Assembly: GCF_009834535.1 (NCBI RefSeq)
Contig: NC_045696.1
Location: 62,870,001 to 62,934,000 of the forward strand
Source of the DNA: Camelus ferus
Lineage: Eukaryota
Length of the DNA stretch: 64,000 nt
Reading direction: 5' to 3'
Shown: positions 38,507-51,130 of the stretch, in pieces
How the letters are laid out: every line of letters begins with the position of its first letter
Position numbering within the stretch: position 1 is the first letter of the stretch
Made by a program: the position numbers and the translations under genes
The notes under the pieces: model-generated
Seen by the model: only the letters and a program-made list of their open reading frames with translations
The model's database searches: none
What the model was told of the DNA's origin: nothing

Positions 38507-38719
38507 AAAATGAATGTAATAGCCCCAAACAAGGAGATCTTCATACAGTAATGGAGTAGCTTGTATTGGACCAATCATCCTGAAGGCAACAATTACAAAC
38601 TCTGAAGAAAATATGAAAAACAACTAGCTGAAGGCACTTAAGAGCAGATAGAAACTGGAAGGGAATTAACATTTAGAAAAAAGGGATGGCACAGAGTGAG
38701 CTTCTTTTTAAAAATAGTT

Positions 38720-41000
38720 TCTTACTACATAAAGAAGGGAAGAGTATTGGAGAAGAAATAAATAAAGGTAAAATAAAGTCTTTAATTTTTCTTATTTTTG
38801 ATATAAAAGATTAACTATTAGTTTCAGTAGTAATGGTAACAGTTTATTGGGTGAATATAGCATATTGATATGTGAAATGAATGACAGCAATGGGATAGGA
38901 GAGAAGAATTTGGAACACTGTTATAGCCTTACATGTAATGTAGTAATTTAAAGTAATTTAGGGCAACCCCTAAAATTTTTAATAAGGTATATTTGTTATG
39001 CTAAGAGAGGAGATAAAATGAAATCATATTACATATTCATTTGCAACCAGAAAAGGCAGGAAAGGGAAGGAAAAAATAAAGAATAAATATGATGAACAGA
39101 AAAGAGTTACAAATATGGCTGATATTAATCCAACTATATCAATAATCACTTTAAATGTGAATGGTCTAATTACTGAGTGCCTGTTGTGCTCCAGACCCAC
39201 TGCTGACCTCTATTCACCTACTGTCTTATTCCATCACCACCATAATCCTCTGAGGTGTAATCTAACACAAGTGTGTTTATAACAGAGGGAAGTGGAAAGC
39301 CTGTGGAGTTCTCTGTCCAGAAGTAAGGACACACATATAAAAGAATGAGGTCAAGAAAGCACTATGTTAATGATAAGAATTAAAAGCTAATGCTTGTTAC
39401 AAACTTAAAAAAATGATAAATCAATGTGAATGGTCTAAATATACTAATTAAAAGACATATTGTTAGACTGAATAAAAAACAAGACACAACTATATGTTAC
39501 CTACAAGAGAAGACTCAGATAAACTAAGCATGATGGGATGGAGAAAGATATACCAGACCAACACAAATCAAAAGAAAACTGGAATGACTATAGTAACATC
39601 AAACAAAGCTCACTCCAGAATACAGAAAATTATCAAAGATAAAGAAAGGCATTATAGAATGATAAAGGGACCAGGTCTCCAAGAAGATGTAACAATTCTA
39701 AATGGATATGCATCTAACAACAAAACATCAAAATACGTGGGTCAAAAACAGACATAACTCAAGGAGAAGTAGACAAAATTTACTATTATAGTTGGGGACT
39801 TCAATACACCTCTTTCAGGAATTGATAAATCAAACAGACAGAAAATCAGTAAGAATATAGTTGAACTGAATGGTATTATCAATCAACTTGATCTTATTGA
39901 CATTTCTAAAATATTCCATCCAAAACCAGCAGAGTACACATTCTGCTCAAGTTTACAGGAATATTTATGAAGATATATCATATCCTGGACCCTAAAACAC
40001 ACCTTAATAAATATAAGGAAATATAAATCATACAAAGAGTATTCTCAGACCACAGTAGAAATAAAATAACTATTAGTAATAGAAAGATAGCTGGAAAATC
40101 TCCAAATATTTGAAGATTAAACAATACACTTCTGAATAACACATGGGTCAAAGAAGTTGCAAGAGAAAAATTTTTAACTCAATGATAATAGAAATGCAAT
40201 TGATCAAAATATGAGGGGTGCAGTGAAAGCCACGTTTATAGGAAAATTTGTAGCACTGACTGCATATATTGGAAAAGAAGAGAGATTTAAAATCAGTAAT
40301 CTAAATTTCTACTTTAAGAAACTAGAGGAAGAAGAATAATTTAAACCCAAAGCAAGAAAAGGAAAAGAAATAATACAGATTGGAGCAGAAATCAATAAAA
40401 CTGAAAACAGGAAAAAAAAATAGAGAAAAATCAATAAAATCAAAAGCTGTTTTGTTTTTGTTTAAAGATCAATAAAACTGATAAAACTCTAGGTAGACTA
40501 ACCAGGAAAAAATAGACAACAATTACCAATATCAGAAATAAAAGAAGGCTCATCTATTGATCCTGTGACCATTGAAGGATAATAAAGGAATACCATGAAC
40601 AGCTCTATGCACATAAATTTAATAATTTAGATGAAATGAACTGATTCCTTGAAAGACATAGACTACCAACAAGGAGAAACTGATAATCTGAATAGGCCTA
40701 TGTCTGTTAAGGAAACACAATAAAAAACTAATAACTTTCCAAAAAGAAAAGCACCAGGGCCATGTGTTTTACTAGTGAATTCAACCAAACATCTAAAGAA
40801 GAAATTATACCAATTCTCCACTCTCTCTTCCAGAAAATATAAATTCATTAATTGTAACGAGTATATAATACATGAAAGATGTTACTAATAAGAGAAACTG
40901 GGTGTGGGGAATATGATAACTCTTTGTACTATCTTTACAATTTTTTTTTCTGTAAATAAAAAGCTGTTTTTAGAACAACTATTCTAAAGTAAAATAAAAA
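38720..41000 (+). mobile_element. L1M (L1MC/MD-like): inter-ORF spacer, ORF2 endonuclease region, then a 3' UTR piece
   Basis: atatcaataatcactttaaatgtgaatggtctaa (ITLNVNGL); atagttggggacttcaatacacctct (IVGDFNTP); ttctcagaccac (FSDH); many stops and frameshifts. Confidence 0.92.
39170..39422 (+). other. TSD-flanked poly(A)-tailed insert (candidate truncated retrocopy or transduction)
   Basis: aatgtgaatggtctaa duplicated exactly at 39154-39169 and 39423-39438; attaaa at 39379-39384; A-rich tail at 39407-39420. Confidence 0.7.
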
Positions 41001-42970
41001 GTAAAATGCTGAAGGAAAAAATGTTCAACTCAGAATTCTATATCCAGTAAGAAATATGCTTTAAGAATAAAGAAAAAAATAAAGTGATTTTCAGATTAAC
41101 GAAAAGCTAGGATAATTTCTTACCGGCAGACCTGCTCACTAAGCAATACTAAAGAAACTTCTTAAGACTAAACGAAAACAGTACCAGATGGAAGATCAGA
41201 TCTTTAGGAAGATATAAAGAGTATCAGAAATGGGAACTTGGTGGATGTTATTTCTTAAACTTTTTTCTCTTAATTTCTTTAAAATATATTTTACAGTTTA
41301 AAGCAAAAGATAGCGTTGCATTGTGGGTTTTATAGAGTATGTGTATATAATACTTGTCAGAACTATAGTGTAAAAGATGGAGTTTAAAATGACTATGGTG
41401 ACAGAAAGTTCTTACATTTTAAGTGAAATGGAATAATATTACCTCTATGTAGACTGTGAAAAGCTAAGGTTATACATTGAAATATCTACAGCAACCACTT
41501 AAAAGCAATTCAGAGATGTCTAGCTAAAAAGCCAATAGAAAAATTAAAATGCAATTCTAGGGAATATTCAGTTAACCCAAAAGGAGGCAGAAAGGGAAGA
41601 ACAGAACAAAGACCGGATGATACAAACAAGAAACAAAGAACAGAATGCTAGACTTAAATTCAAACATGTCAATAATGACATTGATAATTGATACCATTCT
41701 GTCCTGATAATGACAGAAATGAACTGAACACCTCAATTAAGAGGCAGAGATTATTGGAATGGATTTTTTTAAAAAAAAGACCCAATCACACAATGTCTAA
41801 AAAAGATGTGCTTTAAATATGACAGAGATAGATTGAACATAAAAGAATAGAAAAATCATGCAAATAGAAAGCATAAAAAGTTGGAGTGGCTATATTAATA
41901 TCAGATAAAGTAAACTTGAAGAGAAAGAGTACTACCACACATGAAAAAACATTTCATAATGATAAAAGGGGCAATGCTACAGGGAGATAGAATGATCATA
42001 AAAGTGCATGCATCCAATAACAGAGCTTCAAAATATATGAAGTAAAAATTGACAGAATTAAAGGGAGAAATAGATGATTCTAATGAAAGATGTTAATAAC
42101 AGGGGAAATTGGGTGTGGGAAATGTTGATAGTGCCCCCAAAATGTAAGTCACTTAGGTATTTATCTAACCATCTATGTAAAAGACCTTACAAGGAAAGTT
42201 AAAAATTGAGGAGAGAAACTAAAGACCTAAATAAATGGAGAGATGGCGAGATACACCCTGTGCAAGAATTAAAAGACTCAATATTGGTAGGATGGTTATT
42301 TTCCCTAAAATGACCTATAGATTTAACACAGTCTCAATTGAAATTCAAGTGGACATTTTCAAAGCACAGATTGGCAAGCTGATTCTAGAATTTACTTGGA
42401 AATACAAAAGACCTAGAAAAACCAAAGTGATTTTATTTTAAGTTGGAGGGTTTTTACACCATCCAATTGAAAAACTAACTATAAACCATTGGAATGAAGA
42501 CACTGTCAAATTGATAAAAAGTTATACATGGAAATCAATGAGGAAAACAAAAATACAGAATTCAGAAATAGAGCCACACGTGTATGTTCACTTGATATTC
42601 TGCAAAGGAGCCAAGGCAGTTCAATGGGGGAAAGAAAAGTCTTTTTAACAAATAGTGTTCCATCCAATTGATATCTCTATGGAAAAAAGTGGACATTAGC
42701 CCTCATAGCACACCATATGGAATGATTAACAAGACATGGACCATAGACCGAAATATAAAGCTTGAAAAAGTAAGGTTTCTAGAACAAAATATAGAAGGAA
42801 GTACTTGCAACCTTGGGAGTAGGCAAAGATTTCTTAGAACCAAAAAAGCACATTTCATAAGAGAAAAAAAAAAGATTTCAAAGAACTGGCTTTCTTCAAA
42901 ATTACCAACATTTTGCTCTTTGAAAGACACATTAAGAAAGTAATAAGGTCAGCCACAGACTGGGCAAAAT
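41001..42970 (+). mobile_element. Second L1M: ORF1 end, spacer, ORF2 start, then a post-RT ORF2 segment
   Basis: caactcagaattctatatccag (ORF1 3' end); ggagtggctatattaatatcagataaagtaaactt (GVAILISDKV); ORF 42235-42441 WRDTPCARIKRLNIGRMVIFPKMTYRFN matches the L1 ORF2 motif. Confidence 0.9.
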
Positions 42971-43009
42971 TTTCTTTGTGCGAGTACTCCCTATATCCTT
43001 AGAAAGATC

Positions 43010-43300
43010 TGGTGGCTGGAGAAGATCAAAGAAGGCAGGGTAGACGAAAAATCAGGAATGTGGCAAAAAGACCTCTCTAAAGCATACAGAGACAAAAGGT
43101 ATATGAAATGCACAAATGCAGGTGTGTCGACCAAATCCCAGAAGAGCCACATGAGGAATATCTGTTAATGAAGACTGCTTAGGACAAATAAAATTAGCTA
43201 CTACTTTACTTAAGAAGGAGGACATTTTTTGAGTTTGTTACTCTGAGATGCGACACTTAGCAAGGTCAAGAAGGAGTTTTATGTCTACAACACGTTAAGG
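43010..43300 (+). mobile_element. CR1/L3-type LINE fragment
   Basis: ctggagaagatcaaagaagg and ttaggacaaataaaattagctactactttac resemble CR1 ORF2 C-terminal sequence. Confidence 0.5.
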
Positions 43301-45279
43301 AGATCTGTGAATGCTTGGAGCCCACCTGTCACCATTCTAAGATTGATAGCAATCAGCCCTGCTTATCCATGCACTGGCCCCTTCCTTCCATCTCAGCCCT
43401 TCACCCTATCCCATCCCTTCCCACACTCTTTCCAGTGGTCTAAGCTCTGCTTGACAGGGATGTTGGAGATGGAGTGTTTTGCTGGCAGAGTCCCGGTTTG
43501 ATCTCTGTGCCCATCCTTCTTCCACGTGACTAGCTCCAGCGCACATTCTCTGTGCTGGTGATGGGCCAATGGATGGGCATGGGACACTGTCCTGACCATT
43601 GAATCCTGGGGGAAGGTGCCTGGGTACAATCTCACATTTCTTCCTGTGCAGAATAGCCTTGCTATCACTTCCTTAAAGTTGAGACTTCAAACTAACTCTA
43701 ACTCTTACCTTGCCTTGAAAAGTCCACCAGAGAACCATTGTCCATCCTTGAGTTGTCACCACCAAGTAAGAGAAGCAGTAGGGTGTTATCCAGAGTTTTG
43801 ATGGGACAGCCTGGCAATCTGTATGCAATCTTCTGAACACATCAAAAGACAACAAATCAAACTCTGAACACTTGGGTGAATCCTGTCTCAGGGGATCTCC
43901 TCTGACCATCTTACATGCCTTTTATTAAATAGGCTGAACTCTATTACTATCTGGTTTCATACACAATTGCAGTAGGTCCTACTAATCCAGGTTTTCAATC
44001 ATAATTATCTCATTCCCCACCACCTTCAATTATTCTGCCTGATTTCAATATTTTGTCTTTTATTATTGTGTCTGAGCCAGTAGCAATCCCGTGACTGGGA
44101 CAAGTAAATGGGGAGAAGTGGGAAGAACTGTTAGGGATACGGCTGCGTGAGTTTTTCTCTTGAGTAGGTAGGGTCACTGTAACTCACTGAGGGGTATAGA
44201 GAAAGGGCGGGGGGGGGGTGCTGAGGGTGACCACAGCCACAGTCTGTCCAGAATCTGTGTGTCGTGTGGGAAGAAACACTCTCCCTGATTCCTGTCTCAA
44301 ATAATGCTCTGTTCCCCTGACCCGGGTGATGAAGGAGGTGGTAGTGTGCGTGCCTTTAGGGATAGAGAATTGATTCAAAATAAGATCAAACACCAGGGCA
44401 ACTTCCTCTGAAATAATGAGCATTCAACGCAATAAAAATGCCCTCAGCTGACAGCGCTAACTCCAACTGGAACAGATAGCAGAGCCTCCCTTGGTTTAGG
44501 GAGTGAATATAATGTGTCTGCCTTTGGGACTTATCAAACTTTTGAACTGATGCTAAATAACCAATAAATATGGAAATGTCTGCTCCTGGCCTCCGCCTGC
44601 CCCAGGCAAGCACCAGTGTGATTCTCTGACAGCTCTGGGAGGGTGTGATGGGGGGCTTTGGAGATCCCTCCAGTCCCGTTCTGACCCCAGGGGAGCAGCT
44701 GGGCTCCCCAGGGCCTATAGAGAAGGGACTTTTCTGGCTTCCAGAAAGGAGCGGGGACTGCCCCCTTGAATTGCCAGTTCAGGCACGGATGGCATAGGAA
44801 GCACAAGAGTGTCAAGTTCACACTCTGAAATTACATCCAAGCGGAAAATGAGGCAGCTGGGCAGCTGTTCTCAGAGCAAAAGTCTCAGTGGTTCCCATTT
44901 GGAGAGAGAGAGAAAAAGAAAGCCACAGAAATTGTCACCCTTTCTCATGTGGTCAGCAGCTCTTCCGTCTCAAACTCCTGTTGCTTGGGGGACCTCATCT
45001 GACCCTCACATCTGGACAGAGCACTGATCTGGAGGTTGGCAGATGTTACTCTACCAAGAGCAGGCTATAGGACCTGCACTGGGTTCCTATCGGTAGAGTC
45101 TGGGTCATGAGAGCTGCTTCACAACATTTATGAAATAACAGATGGCCAGCCAGCCAGCAAACACTTATCCAAGGTCCACCAGTTTCCACCAGGGCCTATG
45201 AAGAAGACCAAGACAGGCCTCCTGCCCCCAAGGAATGCCAGGCTCTGGGTGAAGCCCCCTCCTCGTCCTAGGCATCAAC

Positions 45280-45592
45280 ATCTTTCCTCTCTCCACCTTA
45301 GGCATCTGTTTTAGCTTAAGGGTTGCTACCTTCAGGAAGCCTTCCCTAACTACCCTCTCCCCCGACCCAATAAGCTGGATTAGACCCCTTGTTAAAGATC
45401 TCCGTTGCACCCTCTGTTTCTTCATCATGATAGTTAGCAGGCCTGTTATTACCTGTTCAGTGTATTCTCCACTGGATCATAAGCATCAAAAAGGCACGGA
45501 ATGTCTCAAGCACTGCTGTGTCCTTCTCACTAAATAGTACCTGGCACGGAAGAGGCACTTGAGGAAGATGTGTTGGAACAAATTAATGAATG
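45280..45592 (+). mobile_element. L2 3' end
   Basis: ccttcaggaagccttccctaac...agtacctggcacggaagaggcact...tgttggaacaaattaatgaatg. Confidence 0.8.
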
Positions 45593-46624
45593 CAAAAGGA
45601 AAATGGTGTAAGCCTTATCTTTACAGACCAGCAACCTCGTGCCCACAGAAGAGCTGAGGCTTAACAAGGCCTCACGGTGTGCTGACTGACAAGGACGGGA
45701 CTAGGGCTCAGCATCCCACCCTGCCCATCCAGCGCTCTCCTAGGAGCGGGAGCTCCTGCTGTGTGTCTGCTTCAGTCTGTGAGCAGGGAAACCTGGCTTG
45801 GAGCACCAGGCGAAGTGAGGGGAGGGTGCTTGATTTGTCCAGCTCCTCTGATGGTCTCCATTGTGCTCTCTGCCGTCACCATATTAGGCTGCTGTCCCCT
45901 GACACTACCGGTTTCTTAGCAAAAACCAGAAGTGTGGAAAGGTTTACACTATCTCACACCACAACCTCAGGCTCCAGCCGAAGAGCCATCCTGATATCTG
46001 AGGCTTGGGTGTTTGCCAATGGGCTGCATGAACCATAGACCATTCAAGTTCTTTGGCAAGGGCACGAAATTCAGTGCGTCTTCATAGCACGCTTGGTAAT
46101 GACTCCTGGTTTTCTGTACAATGATTACATATTGCAGAATTATCGTGGGGGAGATTTATTGGAGGTGGGAAGTAACCAAGTTTTACGAAAAGTAATTACT
46201 GCCATCAAGTTATTATAATTACTAGTACTGGTTTGCCGGGGCTGTTATCCAATTTTATTGATAGGCAATTTTTCTGATGTGGTTTAAACGACACCCTGAA
46301 AATAATTGGTCTATTTTAATTTGTTTCCAGACTACTCCTGTGCTGCCCCAGCTGGCTTGGGGAGGATGAGCTGAGTGCACGTGCAGCATGGTTGCTGCTG
46401 GGGTTGCTCTGGACGCTGGGCCCAGCTGTCCTGGAAGGGAAGGCTGGCCAGAGGGCCCCTTGCCCTGCTGCATGGGGAAGGGAGTAGATAGGGGCAGTTC
46501 CTGTCAGAATCCTGCCCTGCTTGCCCTTCTCTTGAATAAGTAACTACGTTCTTTATGATGTAGGGTCTAAGGGATAAATTGACTATGAAGATGGCAAAGG
46601 AAAATGAAGACAACAGAATAGAAA

Positions 46625-46830
46625 GAAAGTAAGTCTTAGAATGATGTCAAACTATGTTCCAATTCTGGTTCTACCACTCATACCCAGGTGACCTTTACTT
46701 ATGGGGTCTCAGTTTCTGACTATAAAGAAGGGATTTCTAACTTGGAGCACTGTTGAGAGAATTACGTGGGGCGATAGGAACCAGCCCACTCTGAGTCTGG
46801 CTCCATCAGGTACACAGTTAAATGTTCATG
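46625..46830 (+). mobile_element. MIR SINE
   Basis: aattctggttctaccactca...gtgacctt...tctcagtttctgactataaa...ttgagagaatta. Confidence 0.6.
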
Positions 46831-47255
46831 GGAGGTGGAAGATGGAGTTGGGGGAAGTTAACCTCCTTAAGTGGCAGAGCCAGAGGGGAACCCCAGGGAA
46901 CAGGATGCCTACCACCTCACAGACCCCCTGAGGGAGCAGCCTTAGCTCAGGGTGGCCACATACTGTCCTAGCTGAAAGGGATGGGGTGGGCATCTGGCCT
47001 GAGGGCAGCAGATCTGCGGGCTGAGCAGCTGTTCTCTGAGGTAGCTTAGCCCCAAAGGTTAATCCAAACATGATAGATGGGTGATTCGCTGAGCAGAATG
47101 GATTCTCTCTGAATGGTCCATGAAGGGTAGAAGAAAGCAATTCACTTCACTGAAGAAGAGACCATTCCATAGAAACATCAAAACTTCCTAACCACACCTG
47201 CAGATTTTTTTTTTCCAGAAGAAAAAGGAAACATTATTTTATTATTGAATAAGCA

Positions 47256-47708
47256 TTTTTTAGCTTCATTGAGGTATAATTGACAAAGAATGATAAGATA
47301 TTTAAAGTGGACATTGTGATGAGTTGATATACGTATACATTGTGAAAGGATTCCTCCCGGCCAGTTAATTAACACATCTGTCACCTCACATATTTATCTT
47401 GTGTGTGTGTGTGAGAGAGAGAGCGAGAGAGAGAAAGAACACTTAAGTTCTACTCTCTTAGCAAATTTCAACCATAAATTACAGTGTCATCAGCGATAAT
47501 CACCATGTTGCACCTGAGACTCTCAGACCTCGTTCAGCTTATAGCTGGAAGTCTGTAACCCTCGACCAATCGCTTCCTATTTTCCCCACCCCACAGGCCC
47601 TGAAAACCACTTTTCTACTCTCTGTTTCTATGAATTTGACTTTTCTTTAGATTCCACATATAAGTGATACCATTAAGTGTTTGTTTGCCTAGTCTGGTTG
47701 GTTCCACA
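47256..47708 (-). mobile_element. L1MA8/9-like 3' end with an internal (TG)n(AG)n tract
   Basis: cattgaggtataattgacaaa...gttaattaacacatctgtcacctcacata...tctactctcttagcaaatttcaa...tagattccacatataagtga. Confidence 0.88.
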
Positions 47709-48749
47709 GGTAAATATTTACTGGCCTTAGTATCCTGTTCTTTCCTGCTTCCCTCTTACTTCCGTGAGAGAAAGACTCCAGTGTTGGATCCTAACCATTA
47801 CTTTCTTTTTTCTTTCTTTCAACAAACATTCTTAGAAGCCTAAGACACTGTGTACTATTGCTATTTCCAAATTCCTGAAAGACATTAATCTTTGGGAACT
47901 GGGAATGAAAAATTGGAATTCCTAGGATTCCTCTGAAATTACCAAAATCATAAATTATTGTAAAAATACTTTGCAACATTCTTCATACCCTTTACTCATT
48001 ATTATGGATATCTAAAAATGTTTATTTAATACCTAGGAAATGCTAAGTTTGGTAGCCTTTGTTAAATATTTGTACTTGACAAAATACATACAGCATTTAT
48101 ACTTTGGTAATATTTGTAAAGAAGTGTTGCTTGTGGCAAATATTGGAACACTGAAAAATACCCATGACCAACACTGGGTAGTGTTCGGATAACACTGGAT
48201 CTCCTAGCAAGGAGAGTAGCACCTCACAGAATGTGTGGGAATTGCCAATCTAAGGACTCACTTTGTTTCCAAAACTCATTCTTCCTTGGAATACCATTCA
48301 TAGAATCGCTGTTAATCCTTACTATACATAGAAACATGAATATTTATTGTGTTTGGAGCAGTGACTCACTGTTAACAGCAGAAAAGTCCGGGAACACACA
48401 TTCATCACAAGGCAGTAGCCACAAGCAAGACTGACCAGTGAGACTGCTCACTTCTCTCCTACAGGCTCCTGTCTCAGCCCCCGGAGGTGCCGACCTTAAC
48501 CTTCAGCTCCACACACAGGTCAGTGTTTCCTGCTCTTGCATTTGGCTTGATGTTGGTGGTTGCTTTTGACGAGTAATGTCTCTATGTTCATTTTTAATTT
48601 TTGTCACAGAAGAATTATAATCCCTTCCCCCAATTTCTGGAGTGATTTTTCTTGGTATTCAGGATTTGGAAGCATAAATTTCCTAGAGATGCAGGAAGGA
48701 ATACCTGCATGGAAACACTAATACTGGGCATGCAGTAAGTGCCATAATT

Positions 48750-48960
48750 GTGATTAAGGACTCTGGCTTGAGGATGTGACAGACACTCAGCTTAACGTCT
48801 GATTATACTACCTGCTAGCTGTGTGACTGTGGGCAAATTACTCAACTTCTCTGAGCCTCTGTTTCCTAATTAGTAAACTTAACTCATAGAGTTGTTTTGA
48901 GGTTAAATGTGTTTGTAAAGCCTTTAGCAATCTCTGGCAAAACACATGTGGTAATATATA
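48750..48960 (+). mobile_element. MIR SINE
   Basis: ctagctgtgtgactgtgggcaaattactcaacttctctgagcctctgtttcct. Confidence 0.85.
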
Positions 48961-49009
48961 TTATAGGTATTAAGAAATAATTCCTGATGAAGGAATCCAA
49001 GATCTAGAC

Positions 49010-51130
49010 CAGTGCTCTCAAAGAGAAGCAGAATATGAAACACAGATGGAAGTTAAAATTTTCTGCTAGCCACATTAAGGAAGTAAAAATAAACAGATGA
49101 AATTAATTTTAATAATACATTTAACTCAATATGTCATTTCATTATTATTTCAGCACATGCTTAATATAAAAAATATTAATGAGCTATTTTACATCCTTTT
49201 TTAACCAAGTTATCAAAATCCAATGTGTTTTTTACAGCACTTTTTTTAATTAAAAAACTTTTATTGATGTATAGTTAGTTTACAATGTGTCAGTTTCTAG
49301 TTTACAGCATAATGTTTCAGTCATACATATACATACATATATTTCTTTTCATATTCTTTTTCATTATAGGTTACTACAAGATATTGAATATAGTTCCCTG
49401 TGCTATACAGTATAAATTTGTTGTTTATCTTCTTTATACATAGTTGTTAGTATCTGCAAATCTTGAACTCCCAATTTATCCCTTCCCACCTGCTTTTCCA
49501 CTTGTAACCATAAGTTTGTCTTCTATGTGTGTGAGTCTGTTTCTGTTTTATAGTACGTCTTAATTTGGGCACTAAATTTTCATTGGAAATATTTTATCTG
49601 CAATTAAATTTCTAAACTTCACAGTTGAAAAAGTAAATTCACACCCTCAAGTCATCCCAAACATACTTAAACGTTTTCCAGTACCTGAATAGGGTATCAA
49701 AAGATAATTTTTCTTTAATATTTATATCTACATCACAAAACTGGTTCATCTTTTTCAGAAGAATCAATTTGGCTTTGAAGGAAAAAGCACATTAATTTCA
49801 AAACTACTTCTGTTCAAATTCAGTAAATTGACTAACTCTTGAGTCAACTGCACATTATTAGTACAGAGTTCAAAGACGTTGCATAAATTGAAAAGCAGTT
49901 CTAAATTTGCTAATGTCAACAAAGCTTTCTTCAAATTTTCTTGTAGTTTCTGTAGCAGATTTAAATAATACTATTACATACACTTAAAATCTTCTGCATA
50001 TTGGTTCATGTTAGGAAATGCACAAAAGCATTATTATTGATTTTTATTATAAATAATTTCAGCAAAAATTCCCATATCTGTCTAACTAGGTCATAAAAAA
50101 GCTTTTCCTGGGAACTTCAAATTTTGCTTGTTCAAATGTAGTGTGATATTGCCATATTTTGCCTAGGATTATTTAATATTTGGCAAGCAACCTTCATGCT
50201 TCAAGAAAATCCCAAATTGGAGCAAACCTTAAAAAAAAAATCTTCTATCATTGAACCAACCAGCATTGGCCAAGAACCCAAGATCATTATATTTATTGTC
50301 CTTTTTCTTTCAATACTTCCCCAAACTGGCCATAATTTACACATCTGCTTGTGTATACTGAAAGATCAGAACGGCTATATCCATGACATTTTACATGATT
50401 CTTCAAAAACTAAGGGAAAAAAAACTCTCATAGAGGAAACATGTCTCTTGTTTCAGAATTCCAATAAAATCTGGATTTTTAAATCTAATATGGCTAGAGT
50501 ACTATCCATCATAATAGAAACTAATTTCTCATATCTAGGGGAACTAATTTTTCATTCTAATTTGGCAGATACAAATGATTCAAAAATATCTATGCCACGA
50601 GTTTGGTTTTGTTGGCCATAAATTGACAACATTTCTTCATAAGTTTGGACATCTGTCGAGACAAAATGCACACAAATATTAATTGGGCAGAATCTTTAAT
50701 ATTGCATGACTCATCTAGAGCTAAAGAAAAGTACTTGCAATTAAAAAAATTTTGAATCAGTCTATTTTTGATATTATTAAAATGTCTTTCATTCTATGAG
50801 CAATAGTTGGGTAGTTTAGTGGAAGATCTCTCACAATCAATAAAAGATCTTTTTTTCTTCATAATTTTCTAACAAAATTTCCATAACTTAACAGTGGAAA
50901 AAAAAGGTTTACCATCATTCATCTAAACTTTGTGTATGTATTTGCAAAAATCTGAACCATTTTATAGTTGGCCAAATTTACTAGCTCAGATATTCTTAAA
51001 AATAGTTAAAATTTTTAGTTGAATATTTGATTCTGATTCAGGTGATTCATTTCACTGATTTTTTTTTTATTATGGAAGGAAACTTCTTATCAAATTCAGT
51101 GTATTTGCTGAAACCATTGCTTAGTCCTGT
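49010..51130 (-). mobile_element. hAT-Charlie DNA transposon (Charlie5/MER33-like) with decayed transposase, one end only
   Basis: MER33/MER3-like terminus at 49010 preceded by atctagac (Charlie nTCTAGAn target); minus strand 49679-49621 translates GKRLSMFGMT*GCEFTFST, resembling the hAT dimerisation motif; DISKFRTAFQFMQ near 49880-49920. Confidence 0.85.
49241..49548 (-). mobile_element. Young camelid/artiodactyl L1 3' end inserted in the Charlie element
   Basis: Poly-T, then ttattgatgtatagttagtttacaatg...ggttactacaagatattgaatatagttccctgtgctatacag...taaccataagtttgtcttctatg. Confidence 0.9.

Noticed and set aside
38720..42970. Intact, active L1
   Set aside because: Fragmented, with many stops and frameshifts and no RT core seen
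46314..46400. Splice acceptor (ttttaatttgtttccag) starting a coding exon
   Set aside because: No recognisable peptide or convincing paired donor; such motifs are common by chance
49231..49556. TSD for the L1 inside Charlie (tttacagcac / tttatagtac)
   Set aside because: Only an 8/10 match and the boundaries are ambiguous, so it was not used as evidence
50196..50621. 141-aa plus-strand ORF or a domesticated transposase gene
   Set aside because: The ORF is antisense to the transposase remnant, whose own frame is interrupted by stops
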